DNA of 64,000 nucleotides from Pavona decussata (taxonomy: Eukaryota), in assembly GCA_977016875.1 (NCBI GenBank), contig CDRNST010000265.1, positions 248,001-312,000 on the forward strand, written 5' to 3'. Under the pieces are notes generated by a model. That model worked only from the letters and a program-made list of their open reading frames with translations, searched no databases and was not told where the DNA came from. Of this stretch, positions 24,801 through 34,332 are shown one piece after another. Position 1 is the stretch's first letter. Each line of letters starts with the position of its first letter. Made by a program: the position numbers and the translations under genes.

Positions 24801-25705
24801 TTTTGAAATAACACAAGATCTATTACATACCAGCAACTGAGTTACAAAGCTGTTTATAGTTTGTCCACATGATCATTAGCAATTTTTTGTAATCCTTCAT
24901 CATTTCAAAAACACTACAACAATGAAAAAACCCTTACAACAGGCGTCCTTAAGTGACAAAATCACCGATGCGAGGTTTTTCGTTTGAGGTGCCGAAAAAG
25001 TACCTGCATAAAACCGTCGAATAAAATGTAAAAAAAACAAACAAAACAACAACAACAACAACAACAATTGTCACAGGCCCATTTATTTACTTTTCGTTAG
25101 ACACGATCTTGTTTAATGCTTGCGAGTGACCATACGTTCAGCAAAGTGTACGGTTTTGTGAGTATTCAACGCCACAAAAAGACGATGGTGGAACAGTGCG
25201 TTTTGCATAAATTGTAATGAAGATGATCATCCTTTTTAGCTATGCTATTCTCATAATGATAAATTCCTGGTAAAAAGTAATTAGATATTCATATTTGAAT
25301 ATGCCTTCTTGTTTCAACTCTCTGACCTTCTTCTTTTCCTCAGAATGCCAAAACTATCAAAGTTTGAACAGTGCTGATAGGAAGATAACCTACACCACTT
25401 TTCATGGTTATTGTGACAGTTCAATTAGTCAGAGATGGTATCGATTTGAAGGAGCTGCTGGCACAAGAATGCCTACCTCGTGTACTCCTGGTGTGAGGTG
25501 TAGCACTCACGCAACCAGCTGGCTGACCAATGGACATCCATCGGTTGCTGATGGTGAGGTTACAAGACGTGTGTGCTTCAGCTATAGTGGATACTGTTGC
25601 TATAGTTCAATTTCTTCCATAAAAGTGAGAAATTGTGGTTCCTACTATGTCTACTACCTAATCCCTATTGGTGCTTGCTATTATCGCTACTGTGGTACTG
25701 ACTAA
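804..25705 (+). CDS. Secreted multi-lectin mosaic protein, copy 1 (18 exons, 1085 aa): SP-(H-lectin-like)x3-FOLN/Kazal-(H-lectin-like)x3-CTLD-cbEGFx4-UMOD/GP2 D10C
   Basis: Exons 804-882, 1292-1650, 4931-5095, 6793-6903, 7006-7128, 10315-10411, 11052-11270, 12446-12822, 13524-13691, 14216-14326, 14507-14623, 15175-15265, 18005-18379, 19027-19149, 19683-19805, 20364-20486, 22947-23081, 25344-25705. All introns GT-AG, phases compatible, total 3258 nt with no internal stop. Exons 1-7 are conserved in copy 2. Confidence 0.88.
1292..1650 (+). CDS. Exon 2, H-type-lectin-like repeat 1 and start of repeat 2
   Basis: ttcatag| ... CCACAG|gttag; [27 protein letters not shown]. Confidence 0.9.
2215..3145. 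repeat. Complex (GAGT)n/(GGGT)n microsatellite with ~0.3-kb higher-order unit, partly N
   Basis: Pure GAGT run at ~2600-2688. The block starting ttaggtgggtgcatgagtgag is repeated at ~2392 and ~2703. Paralogous region 56913-57818. Confidence 0.9.
3146..4790 (-). mobile_element. Degenerate 5'-truncated non-LTR retrotransposon fragments (RT C-terminal region; RTE-X/L2-like, clade tentative)
   Basis: Minus-strand decayed motifs [40 protein letters not shown]...IED...Y..IR. A second copy of the C-terminal tail lies at ~4610-4790. Paralogue at ~57819-59469. Confidence 0.75.
4791..4845. repeat. (GAGT)n microsatellite
   Basis: Direct observation; shorter in copy 2 (59470-59499). Confidence 0.95.
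4931..5095 (+). CDS. Exon 3, H-lectin-like repeat 2
   Basis: ttttag|CGTTTTATG ... AAAGTT|gtgagt; [26 protein letters not shown]. Confidence 0.9.
5477..6369. mobile_element. Outer foldback/MITE (long imperfect palindrome)
   Basis: gggctataggaaaca.gggtttcgactaa... matches reverse complement of ...ttagtcgaaacccatgtttcctatagccc. Uninterrupted form in copy 2 at ~60132-60625. Confidence 0.85.
5726..6121. mobile_element. Inner 396-bp near-perfect palindromic MITE with AT duplication
   Basis: TGCCTGATTTCATACCGTGGGGG...CCCCCACGGTATGAAATCAGGCA, flanked by AT at 5724-25 and 6122-23. Absent from copy 2 (aacccttATgagtt). Confidence 0.92.
6793..6903 (+). CDS. Exon 4
   Basis: ttgcag|AACTGG ... TGTCAG|gtaagg; NWLAFTN..NYAFCQ. 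111 nt, same size as paralogous exon 10. Confidence 0.88.
7006..7128 (+). CDS. Exon 5, H-lectin-like repeat 3
   Basis: taaag|AAAATC ... GTTGAG|gtatt; [20 protein letters not shown]. Confidence 0.88.
8022..8526 (+). mobile_element. Decayed Penelope-like retroelement 3' fragment
   Basis: Frameshifted motifs [75 protein letters not shown]. Confidence 0.75.
8764..9994. mobile_element. CAGGG...CCCTG non-autonomous DNA element nested in the right TIR of 7741-10013
   Basis: cagggcagtacatag / ctaggtacgaccctg imperfect TIR. It splits the host TIR between gttcgacg and tatgaaccggg. Degenerate flanks tcgacg/ccaacg. Confidence 0.7.
10315..10411 (+). CDS. Exon 6, end of repeat 3
   Basis: ttttag|CACACA ... 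GGAG|gtaagt; [20 protein letters not shown]. Confidence 0.88.
11052..11270 (+). CDS. Exon 7, follistatin-N/Kazal-type module
   Basis: [36 protein letters not shown]; phase 1-1 exon. Confidence 0.92.
12446..12822 (+). CDS. Exon 8, H-lectin-like repeat 4 and start of repeat 5
   Basis: aacag|GATTT ... CCTCA|gtaagt; paralogous to exon 2 (SWVE..FTACV..VDW..WWTGTTC..F). Confidence 0.9.
13301..13349 (+). ncRNA. Candidate minimal hammerhead-ribozyme-like motif (Penelope-associated type), probably degenerate
   Basis: CTGAAGA-T-GATAT-agtatc-ATATC-GAAA-TATA: core boxes with a 5-bp stem II. Stem I pairing is imperfect. Confidence 0.3.
13524..13691 (+). CDS. Exon 9, repeat 5
   Basis: ctacag|GGTAAG ... 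TACGTG|gtaagc; [36 protein letters not shown]. Confidence 0.88.
14216..14326 (+). CDS. Exon 10
   Basis: tctag|AGCTGG ... TGCAAG|gtcagt; SWLAFSS..NNAFCK. Confidence 0.88.
14507..14623 (+). CDS. Exon 11, repeat 6
   Basis: catag|GACATA ... GTGGAG|gtaggt; [21 protein letters not shown]. Confidence 0.88.
15175..15265 (+). CDS. Exon 12, end of repeat 6
   Basis: tcacag|TACATC ... TCTG|gtaaga; [20 protein letters not shown]. Confidence 0.88.
15996..17847. mobile_element. Kolobok-like internally deleted DNA transposon
   Basis: TTAA|GGATACTTCCTGGGTTCG ... CGAACCCAGGAAGTACCC|TTAA (18-bp TIR, 1 mismatch; TTAA TSD; RR termini). Lys-rich minus-strand ORF remnant at ~17101-17520. Confidence 0.8.
18005..18379 (+). 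CDS. Exon 13, C-type lectin domain
   Basis: [28 protein letters not shown]; phase 1-1. Confidence 0.93.
19027..19149 (+). CDS. Exon 14, calcium-binding EGF 1
   Basis: DLDEC..C..C.NT.GSY.C.C..GY.G.G..C; 123 nt, phase 1-1. Confidence 0.93.
19683..19805 (+). CDS. Exon 15, calcium-binding EGF 2
   Basis: [41 protein letters not shown]. Confidence 0.93.
20364..20486 (+). CDS. Exon 16, calcium-binding EGF 3 (not in ORF track)
   Basis: [41 protein letters not shown]; tag| and |gtaagc. Confidence 0.92.
20996..22631. mobile_element. CAC...GTG MITE with ~230-bp TIRs (Transib-like, tentative)
   Basis: Left arm 20998-21033 plus 22038-~22233 is the reverse complement of ~22403-22631. Flanks gccaa/gtcaa (5 bp, 1 mismatch). 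Confidence 0.7.
21034..22032. mobile_element. Solo LTR (999 bp), 5-bp TSD GTATG
   Basis: GTATG|TGTGAC...GTGACA|GTATG. The opposite TIR arm of the host MITE shows the empty site (aacgccatacaaactc). Confidence 0.85.
22947..23081 (+). CDS. Exon 17, calcium-binding EGF 4 (not in ORF track)
   Basis: [45 protein letters not shown]; cacag| and |gtgagt. Confidence 0.92.
25344..25705 (+). CDS. Exon 18, uromodulin/GP2/OIT3-type D10C (D8C) domain and stop
   Basis: EC..Y..L..R..CD..WYRF.G.AGT.MP..C..C.TH...WL..HP..G.V.R.VCF..CC..I.VRNC..YYVY.L..C..RYC; 10 Cys; TAA at 25703-25705. Confidence 0.92.
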
Positions 25706-28700
25706 AACCATAGGAAAGACATATATTGTAAATCAAGGAAACTTTGTTATAACATGAAGGAAATTTTGGTAGATTTTAAAAGGTGAAATTCGAGATTTTG
25801 TGAACAACGTGAGGATACGACAGTGAATTTTCAATTTTCTTTCGTGACTTGAACCCTGTTCCTACAAATTTAGTTTGAAGCAGACATATAGCTCCTTGTC
25901 TGCCTGTTGAAAAGTTATATAATAGAAAGTTATATTTTCAGTTGACTTTTTCGTTAAGTTTGCCGTTGTTGCCCCTTAACTTCTCTATTGTCCGACGTCA
26001 ACAAGAACAAAAAGCGGTGAATGTGGTATACGTAGTGTAATTTTCGTTATTCATGACGTATAGTAGAGGTAAAAGTGGTTGCGTGGTAGNNNNNNNNNNN
26101 NNNNNNNNNNNNNNNNNNNNNNNNNNNNNNNNNNNNNNNNNNNNNNNNNNNNNNNNNNNNNNNNNNNNNNNNNNNNNNNNNNNNNNNNNNNNNNNNNNNN
26201 NNNNNNNNNNNNNNNNNNNNNNNNNNNNNNNNNNCGCAAACGGCACGGAAATTCGTGATCTTTTCAGAAATTTGGGATGGAAAATTAGGGTTCACTGAAT
26301 TTCATGTTGCCATTACAATCATTTTTTTTTTTACGGGCGGATTTTTCAAGAATCGTTAGATTCCTAATTTTTAATGTTCAACTGATTTACGTTCATGCAG
26401 TTAATTTCATGTTTTTTATATATTTTCTTGCTTTTCATTTTGATTACTTTTTGATTGGTCTTGGTGGTTTTCCGAGGCTTCGTGCAATACGGAAATCTAT
26501 GATACGTGGAAGTAAGATGGTTGCCATTTTGGAATCGTGACGTACTTACCGCACCATTCGCATCATCACTCCTCGTTTCGAGTATCCATTCTCCAGAAGA
26601 AGAAGTTGTGGAGGGGGATTGGGTGGGTGGGGCTGGCGGAATAGCCTCCCAGCCACAGAATCCCGAAAAAGTTAGTGATATAAAGTGGTATTGTATGTGT
26701 TACTAAAAACATGTCACAGCATTAAGCCAAACAATTATATTGTGGAGCATATGGGAAGAATAAGATAGTATCTGGTCGACAGGTGTGTTGCTGACTCTCC
26801 AGCTCACTTATAATGCGACGGCGTAAAAAAAACCGCTACAAAACAACACATACTCGTGACCTTAAAAAGTAATTAACAAACACCATGTGTAATTTTGTGT
26901 GATTTAAGTGTGACAATATGGTCCAAATCATAAAAGATAGAACATTACCAATAGCAGGTATCGACAGTTGTATTCAACCAGGAGCCATAATCAGGGATCA
27001 AGACGAGCCATTTTCTGATTTACCGGTATATTAAAGTAAGCTTAATTGGATTGTTAACTTATCCTTAAGTGATGATATCATTTATTCATTATCTTAAGTG
27101 TACGTTCAGTACTTAGGGCTGTTACTGTTTAGCAATTTGGTATACAACGTGATATATGTCTTACTGCAATGAATTGAAGCGAAAAATAAAATCATCTTGG
27201 GGAAAATATGGATAAAGTGCTACTATTACTATTTGGGCATGCGAAGAATGGGAGTTGAAGTGGTGCGAGTTGCTAGACGCAAACCTAGAAAATTAAAATA
27301 CTTTTAATTCTGGACAAGATAACGTATCAAAGTTAAGGATCGCTTAGACGCAAAAACAAACATTTCAAAAAAAAAAAAAAAAAAGAACAAAGGCCAATAA
27401 CCCATGGGTGTGTACTTTCATCTGTTATGGAGTTGGTTTTAATGTATCTGCTTATTCTTGCATCCAGAGGATTCCCTTCTTGGGTAAAAGAAGTATGAGG
27501 GATCTATCTCACTGATTTATAAATCTCAGACTAATGCAAAACATTGAACGAATACGATTAGTTTTCTTTTGGTACTTTTTGAGGGAAAATTTAACTAAGT
27601 ACCAGAGCAAACGTAATTAGTCTCTTGTACTTTTAGGGTTTCTATATAAATCTTCCGACGAGCATTCCCTTCACTTTTATATATGGAAGCACCAAAGGCT
27701 GTAAATTTATTTACTAAAGAAATTCACCTCTACACCCGCTACAAATAAAATAAGCATCATTGGTTCGCAAAAAATTAAAATAAAATAAAATAAAATAAGA
27801 GGGCCCATTAGGGACTATAGAAATGGGTGTTGGGTGGGAGGGATAATGAGATAGAGGATATTGAGAAACGAGATTCGGGACACAATCCTCCTTCCTCAAT
27901 TCTGTTATTGCCTACGTTGCTCTATTTGAAACATAATCTACCTTTGAGTATAAATCATTTTAGGCTATAGTCTGATTGAAGAGTCACCTGCCATGACGTT
28001 TACAGCTATAGGAAATTACATCGAGCACCACCTGGACATTCTCGGAAAACTGATAACAGTTTTACGATTGAGGCTCTCCCTTTCCCCTTTGATCGTTAGT
28101 TGAGAGGTCAGTTCAACCCCTTCCGAATTTTTTTTTTTTTTTCAATCCTGTTCATTTAACTTTGTTGCCAGGATTTAAAACTTTGTAGGAGAGGAAAAAT
28201 GGGCACGACATCACTCGGTAATTGTTATTGAGGTCGGGATCAAGATGGTCAAGTTGCGGTTGTCAAGGGACATTAAACATTGGACTGTGTCCTACCTTAT
28301 TGAGAAAGTAGGGTGTAGAGAACAAGTGAGTACGGAATAAAAGCAATATTAGAAGCCACCGGTACTGAGGTAGAGGAGCTAGAGTCATTAAACCATTTAC
28401 AGTGTATGAAAGTAGTGATGAGGGTGTTTATTTTACTACTCATTACTTTGGTCTACAAATTGTTCATTCAAGTGTTTCTTTAAAGGCATTTTAACCCCTC
28501 TTCTGAACAAATGTTTCCTTTTCCAGCAATTATTATCCACAATAAACTAGCCACCCGAAAGGGTTTATTAACTTAGACACCATTGAGACAGCTTCTGCTA
28601 TGGATGAGCGTAGATTTACACAAGATGGTAAAAATCGAAATTTAGAACAACACACTTGATTAATTAAAAAAATCATTTATTAGCAAATTCATACACACTC

Positions 28701-29467
28701 ACAGGGTTTATTTTTTACTCCTTCTAAACTAAAGAAAAAAAATAGACCGCCTCTATTGCGATCACAAAAGATACGTTGACATTACATACCATGCGTTAAT
28801 TAATAATTTAGTACACACACTTATTTAACTATTCCTTCCTGCTCATCTAAATTCACCCACCATATGTTGGCCGTTTTTAGGTCCTAAAAATTTTCCTGTC
28901 TGACATATCCATCTACAATGTGTTACGCGTGTGTGACTGAATGGGTCAGCTTGTATGTTAAACGGGTAATTCGCAGGATTTGATCAGCCCCAATATATGT
29001 CTATTCATATGGATTCGAGGGCAGACTTTACTACCTATGGTATGGAATCTTCAACAACCAAGTGCCGTTTTCACACTCAGACGGATAACTTTTCATACGA
29101 CTCATTTCCCCAGAGAAATTATTGCGTGGAAGCGCCCATTGCGGAGAGCAAAGGTAGGGAAGGACATGAAGAGAGTCTAAAAGTTGGCGAGTCTTCCCTC
29201 GCTTTTAATCCTTCTTGCAACTTGTGTGCTGCCCGACCCTGCTCCTTACAATTTCCATGCCTGGGATAGCTTAATTGAATGTTTATTACTGCCGTTTACT
29301 TTATTTAAACCCAAGCCGAATTTGACGACGAACTCCCGTTTGGTCTAACAACATTGTGTTCCACACACCATTTCCACGAGAACACCATTTTACAGCAAGT
29401 ACAAGAAATTTACTTGTTTAAGATATAAATTTGGTAATCCCACTGAGGTTTAAAAAAGAAGGGAAAA

Positions 29468-29703
29468 TAGACCGCGAGCAATCTTTTTCTTTGCTCGAAA
29501 ATCCGCAGTGATAAACGCATAAAGCTGGACGACACGATATTTGAGGGGCGGGTGGCGAATCCGCGAGTAGCGCGGGAACCGGAAGGCGAGCGCGCTACAA
29601 AGTTAGCCGCTCGCCCCTCGAATAAGTCGTACCCGCTCACTTTTTTTTTTTTTCGTTCTTCCCGCCAATTTTTTTTAGCAAAAGGGAGAATGCTCGCAGT
29701 CTA
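29468..29703. mobile_element. TAG...CTA MITE
   Basis: tagaccgcgagcaatct / gagaatgctcgcagtcta terminal inverted repeat; no clear TSD. Confidence 0.65.
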
Positions 29704-29979
29704 GACGAAAAACGAAAAATTGTTCTTGTAGTGTTAACAAAATGACGTTATCTTTAAAATCGTCTATGGTGACCAAGATTTCAACTCTCCACACAGTATT
29801 ACTTAATAAAAATGGAGGTCACGAAACTAAAAAAAAAGTATATATCATTTAAGATAAAATTTTTCCAAATTAAAAGACGTTGTAGTGTCATAAATAAATA
29901 TGCAAGAAACAATAATATTGGGACCTATCAGCTTAAGAGGTAACAGCAACGAGAGAGTCGCGCTGTTTGGACTTCTTTA

Positions 29980-30265
29980 AGCCAATTTAGACTGTACAAC
30001 TTTTGCTTACGACTGTCGCATGCGGTTTCTGAAGCGCGCGCTGCTCGTGTCATGCATGCGAAACAAATCGGACACAACCCTCTTGCCTATACCTACGATT
30101 GCCGTAGGATTTTAAAACATGTTTTAAAATCCTTACGACATTTTTTTGTGACGTACACGACAGTCGTAAGCGAGTTGTAGGTTTGATTTAAACGAAACAA
30201 TTCATGTCGTAGGCCTGTCGTATTAGCTCGTCGCATGCGACAAAGTCGTACCGTGTAAATCGCCC
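29980..30265. mobile_element. Degenerate MITE (Harbinger-like ends)
   Basis: gccaatttagactgtacaacttt / aaagtcgtaccgtgtaaatcgccc imperfect TIR; internal cgcatgcga repeats. Confidence 0.55.
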
Positions 30266-30784
30266 TTTTTGCGAGTGTTTTAACTTGTTCAACTTTTTCA
30301 TCGTGGGAGAGCCACCAACGAGATGAGTTGAAACTCACTCAAATGCTCGCGCTCTCCAAAAGACTGCTTATAGTCATGCCACGTCACTGGGTTTATTCAG
30401 ATTTGTGTAGAAGTACGGGACTGAGTACGAGCAAGACTTTCAAAACTTCAAACCACTCAGGTTCCCAGGACTCTCGCTCTCGTTAAACAAGGAGACGTAG
30501 TGCTCGAATCTAAAGGACCCTAATGTCTGTTGGAGAAATGTACTAAATCATCCTATCTTGACTAAATTCATTACCAGCCCTAACACTGCCATTGTTTTGC
30601 TAAGTAATCCTTTTTTTTGTAACGCTCTCGTTGCCATCGCCATGCCGTCAAAGCTGCTTACGATCCCAAACTAAGCAAGGAGAAATTACTTTAAAATAAC
30701 GACCGAGACGTAAAGCTTGTTCAGGTTACCCGGTACCTTCAGAGGTGTCTCGCGTTTAAGCGATGTAGCGCGTCCAGTTTAAAC

Positions 30785-31364
30785 TGTAGATACCTAAACC
30801 CCAATATCAAATTAAAGCTTATAGAGCTGGCTATCGAACTATACCAAGAATTTTGAAATAAAATGAATAGTCGTATTTTTCACGACCTCTTATTGCGAGC
30901 GTCCGAATCACCTTTTTAAAGCTACAAGTCAAAGTGAATTTTGTTTTTTGTGAATTTAATTTGCTCCTCAGTTTCCGGACCCAAAGCGCTAGAAAAACGT
31001 GTTTGCGTTTTGCCATATTCAATCGCAGTGAAAAGTTATAAAGCATTTTCGAATTAGGATGAAAAAAAAATGTGGAGAAATCGTACAAAAATCGCTCTCT
31101 GAGAAAAAATATTTCGAAATAAAAAGTTCGCAGAAACATTTTTGTTGTTTATATGTTAAACTAGCTACTGTCCAAATTTCAAGGCAAACGAACAAATTCC
31201 TTTTGAGTTTTAGCTCTTTGAAGTGGCTCCTCCAAGTGAAAAAAATTTATTCGAGAAAACAGCGCAAAAAAAATTAGGCAATTCATTTTATTTCAAAATT
31301 CTTGGTTTAGTTGGATAGCCAGTTTTATAAGCTTTAATTTGATATAAGGGCTCAGGTATCTACA
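30785..31364. mobile_element. MITE with ~55-bp TIRs flanked by GTTTAAAC duplication
   Basis: tgtagatacctaaaccccaatatcaaattaaagcttata / tataagctttaatttgatataagggctcaggtatctaca. Confidence 0.85.
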
Positions 31365-31811
31365 GTTTAAACGAGTTTGCCTTTTGGTCGAGGGTCGAGG
31401 GTCGAGGGTAACTAGTCGAGGGTCGAGGGTAAATGGTCGAGGGTCGAAAAATTATTCAAAATTATTTTCAAATTATTTCTGAGCTTCGTCAACTCAAAAG
31501 TTCACAGGCTCGTGTTTACTCGAGTTTCCGGTACCAGTTTTTGCCGCATTTGGGTCATATTTTTGTTTGTCAAAATCAGAATCTGGCCCTTTCTATTTTT
31601 ACGGTTAAATTATTTTTTTCCGGGCCGCGAATTCGAATTATAGAAGAAGATAATGCGAACGCTGAAGATGCTGTTACGTATCGTTGTAACACTCAAGTTT
31701 TAAACCAATATTGTTTATTCAGAGCAGAAACCCAGTGTTTTTTTTTTTTTTTTTTTTTTGTCTAACGATTCACTTGCTTATGAAAAGATTTGACAAAATA
31801 ACCCTTAATAT

Positions 31812-32900
31812 CGGCAGGTCTATTCCGGGGGTGCGGGGTGGGTTGTGAAAGATGAGGGGTGAGGGGTGAGGGGTGAGGGGTGAGGGTGGGGGTGAGGGGT
31901 GGGGGTGGGGGTGAGTTTAACAGACGTGGATCTAGACTCTCATATACGTGACAACATTATCACAAGATGCTGATTTCATGCAAATGATCACAAAACCTGA
32001 AAGTTGACCTGGCTAAACAAAAGCAAAACACTATTATTAAGGATGTTGTGTTTTATTTGTGAAATTTTGGCGTAAATAATGGATTAAGCTTTATAATACT
32101 TCAGAAGTATGTTTACTGGGGCATTTTGTTTATTAAACTCGCCGCGATACGTAACCGGATCCTAGTAAATTATTTTCATTATTTTTCACTCTGACGCCAT
32201 TGAAAAGTTTCACGGCGAGGTTTACATTTCACGGCGTGAAATATTTCACTCCTTTATAATTTTATTTTCACGGCGTGACCGGGCGGCGTGAATTTATTTC
32301 CCAGTCTTCAGATTCACTCCCAGAGTGAAAACGTTTCGGAATAGCGTGAACACGGCGTGAAATTTCCACTTCACGGTGTGAAGTTTCAAATACACGCGCC
32401 GTGACCGTGAAAAAAATTCACTATTTAGCGTGAAATCCATAAGCCCTCTTTTCGCGTGGAGGGTCACATATGGAGACAGTATGACAAAGTGAAAGGGGTT
32501 TTTGGGCTGCTATGGAACCCATTTTGTTTTAGCACCTAAGATAGTGTGTGAATTAAATTCAAATAAATTAGCAATAATGTAAAAATTATAGTTCTCAGGA
32601 AACTTATCAGTGTCACATGTACCACGTTACAATACACTCCATTAGTGAATGTCAGGTATTAGATGCGTCTCAGATCTCAGTAAAAAAGGGGAAAGAAACT
32701 ACAGTCTTGAATCTTGAATTGTTATAGTCTGAAATGGCAGCTGTCTCCTCCCCCTAACCCCCTGTGGGTTAAGGAGAAGAGACGGCTGACATTTCAGACT
32801 AGAATTCGTTTCGAACAATTGGCTCACCCCACACCCCCCACCCCTCACCCCTCACCCCCACCCCTCACCCCCAACCCCCACCCCCGAAATAGAGCTGCCG
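31812..32900. mobile_element. Nested element with G-rich (GGGGTGA)n / (TCACCCC)n inverted ends, 8-bp TSD
   Basis: cttaatat|cggcaggtctattccgggggtg ... cacccccgaaatagagctgccg|ctcaatat. Confidence 0.75.
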
Positions 32901-33945
32901 CTCAATATCAATATCAATATCGATATCAATGGATAACAATCGAAGATTGATATCGATTGGTATCGGCAATTAATAGAAATCCATAAAGATAAAACGATGT
33001 CAATTCGATTCATATGGATTCATCGGAAATTGACTGAGACGACTGATTCATCGATTGCTATCGATTACTATCGGATTTTTTCCCTTTTTGTTTTAGCCTG
33101 TGTACATCCGTTCCTGGCCTCAGTTATACAAATAATACTAATATTGAGGCCAAGAACAGATGTATACACAGGCTATTTTGTTTTTACGTTGCACTGATAA
33201 AATAATTGACTCGAGTTTTCTGTATAGTTCTCAATGAGTCATTTGATATTTATTATTTGTCATAAATCACGGCGCAGATCAGTAACCAACAGAAACATCT
33301 ACTATAGATATATGGCCTTTTTATAGACCTTCCAACCGTATAACAGGTTATGGCAGCAGGAGCCGTGTAGTATAACGGCTAGTATAATCCTATGTGAGAC
33401 TTGGGTCAGCGCGATTATACGCATTCGCGCCTGTAAAACAAAAACATGGAAAACTCAACGATAACAATGTAATAAAGACAAATATCAAATGCCGCATTCA
33501 CAAACAACTATAGCAAGCACTAACACGTAATTCACGCCATTGGTTCAAAGTCTCTCTACCTGTCTCCGGCGATTAAAAAGCGAAGTAAAGAGGCTGGAGT
33601 AAGGGAAAAGATCAAAACATTGGCACTATTCAAAGATATCCAGGTTACGGGGTATATATCCGAGACCCACCACATTTTCGATTGTTCCGGAAAAAATATC
33701 TCGCAACTGAATAAGCATAACAATAAGCGTTACTAAGCAAGGTCAATTCATTTTAAAATTTAATTGGGTACTCCTAATATGTTGTTCGAGAGAAATAAAG
33801 CTTGGGCTGTGGTGGTGTACTGCCCGAGAACCATTACCTATTTTGACACCTATTTCGACACCAAGAGTACCGTTGTTTTGCCTCCTCCTTACGAAATTTT
33901 AAAATACCGCAGGCACGCGGCACTTGCGCCCAATCAATTAAAAGG

Positions 33946-34326
33946 TTACTTTAAAATAATATTTAGGCTATGAAGCGTGTTGATGTAATTGCGCTGGGCA
34001 TTATCCAATGATTTGTAAAGCTCATACCTGAGGTAAACTTGGCCGGAAAAAAGTGGATTTTTTCTAGTTATATGAGTCGCTATAGGATGATAATATGTGT
34101 TTGAATAGTCCTGACTGTGTATTAGCTGACCTGTTGTAGAATCTTTTCCGGTGACCCTTTTGTCTACATGTTTTATTATAATATTACAAGGTGGAGTTTT
34201 GAATTTATCACCCAGGTCGTCCCCACACCCATAGCATTTTCTCACTGTTGGAGGCGTGATGACCAGCTCGTAAATACTTGGCGACATGCTAGAATTCCAT
34301 GAGGGCTGTAAGCCAGCACAGGGCAT
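33946..34326 (-). CDS. C-terminal Cys/His domain of the transposase (RKCYGC...H...YYH), separated by a single stop
   Basis: Same frame as the 618-aa ORF: TTC ACT TAA TCA CCA ATG. Confidence 0.7.
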   Translation of the reverse strand: MPCAGLQPSWNSSMSPSIYELVITPPTVRKCYGCGDDLGDKFKTPPCNIIIKHVDKRVTGKDSTTGQLIHSQDYSNTYYHPIATHITRKNPLFSGQVYLRYELYKSLDNAQRNYINTLHSLNIILK

Positions 34327-34332
34327 TGGTGA

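Noticed and set aside
24360-24952. Possible TTAA-type (Kolobok-like) element ending ggcgtccTTAA
   Set aside because: No matching left TIR found, so boundaries cannot be supported.
31433-31765. ORF similar to 40848-41156
   Set aside because: Both lie in the Mutator TIRs.
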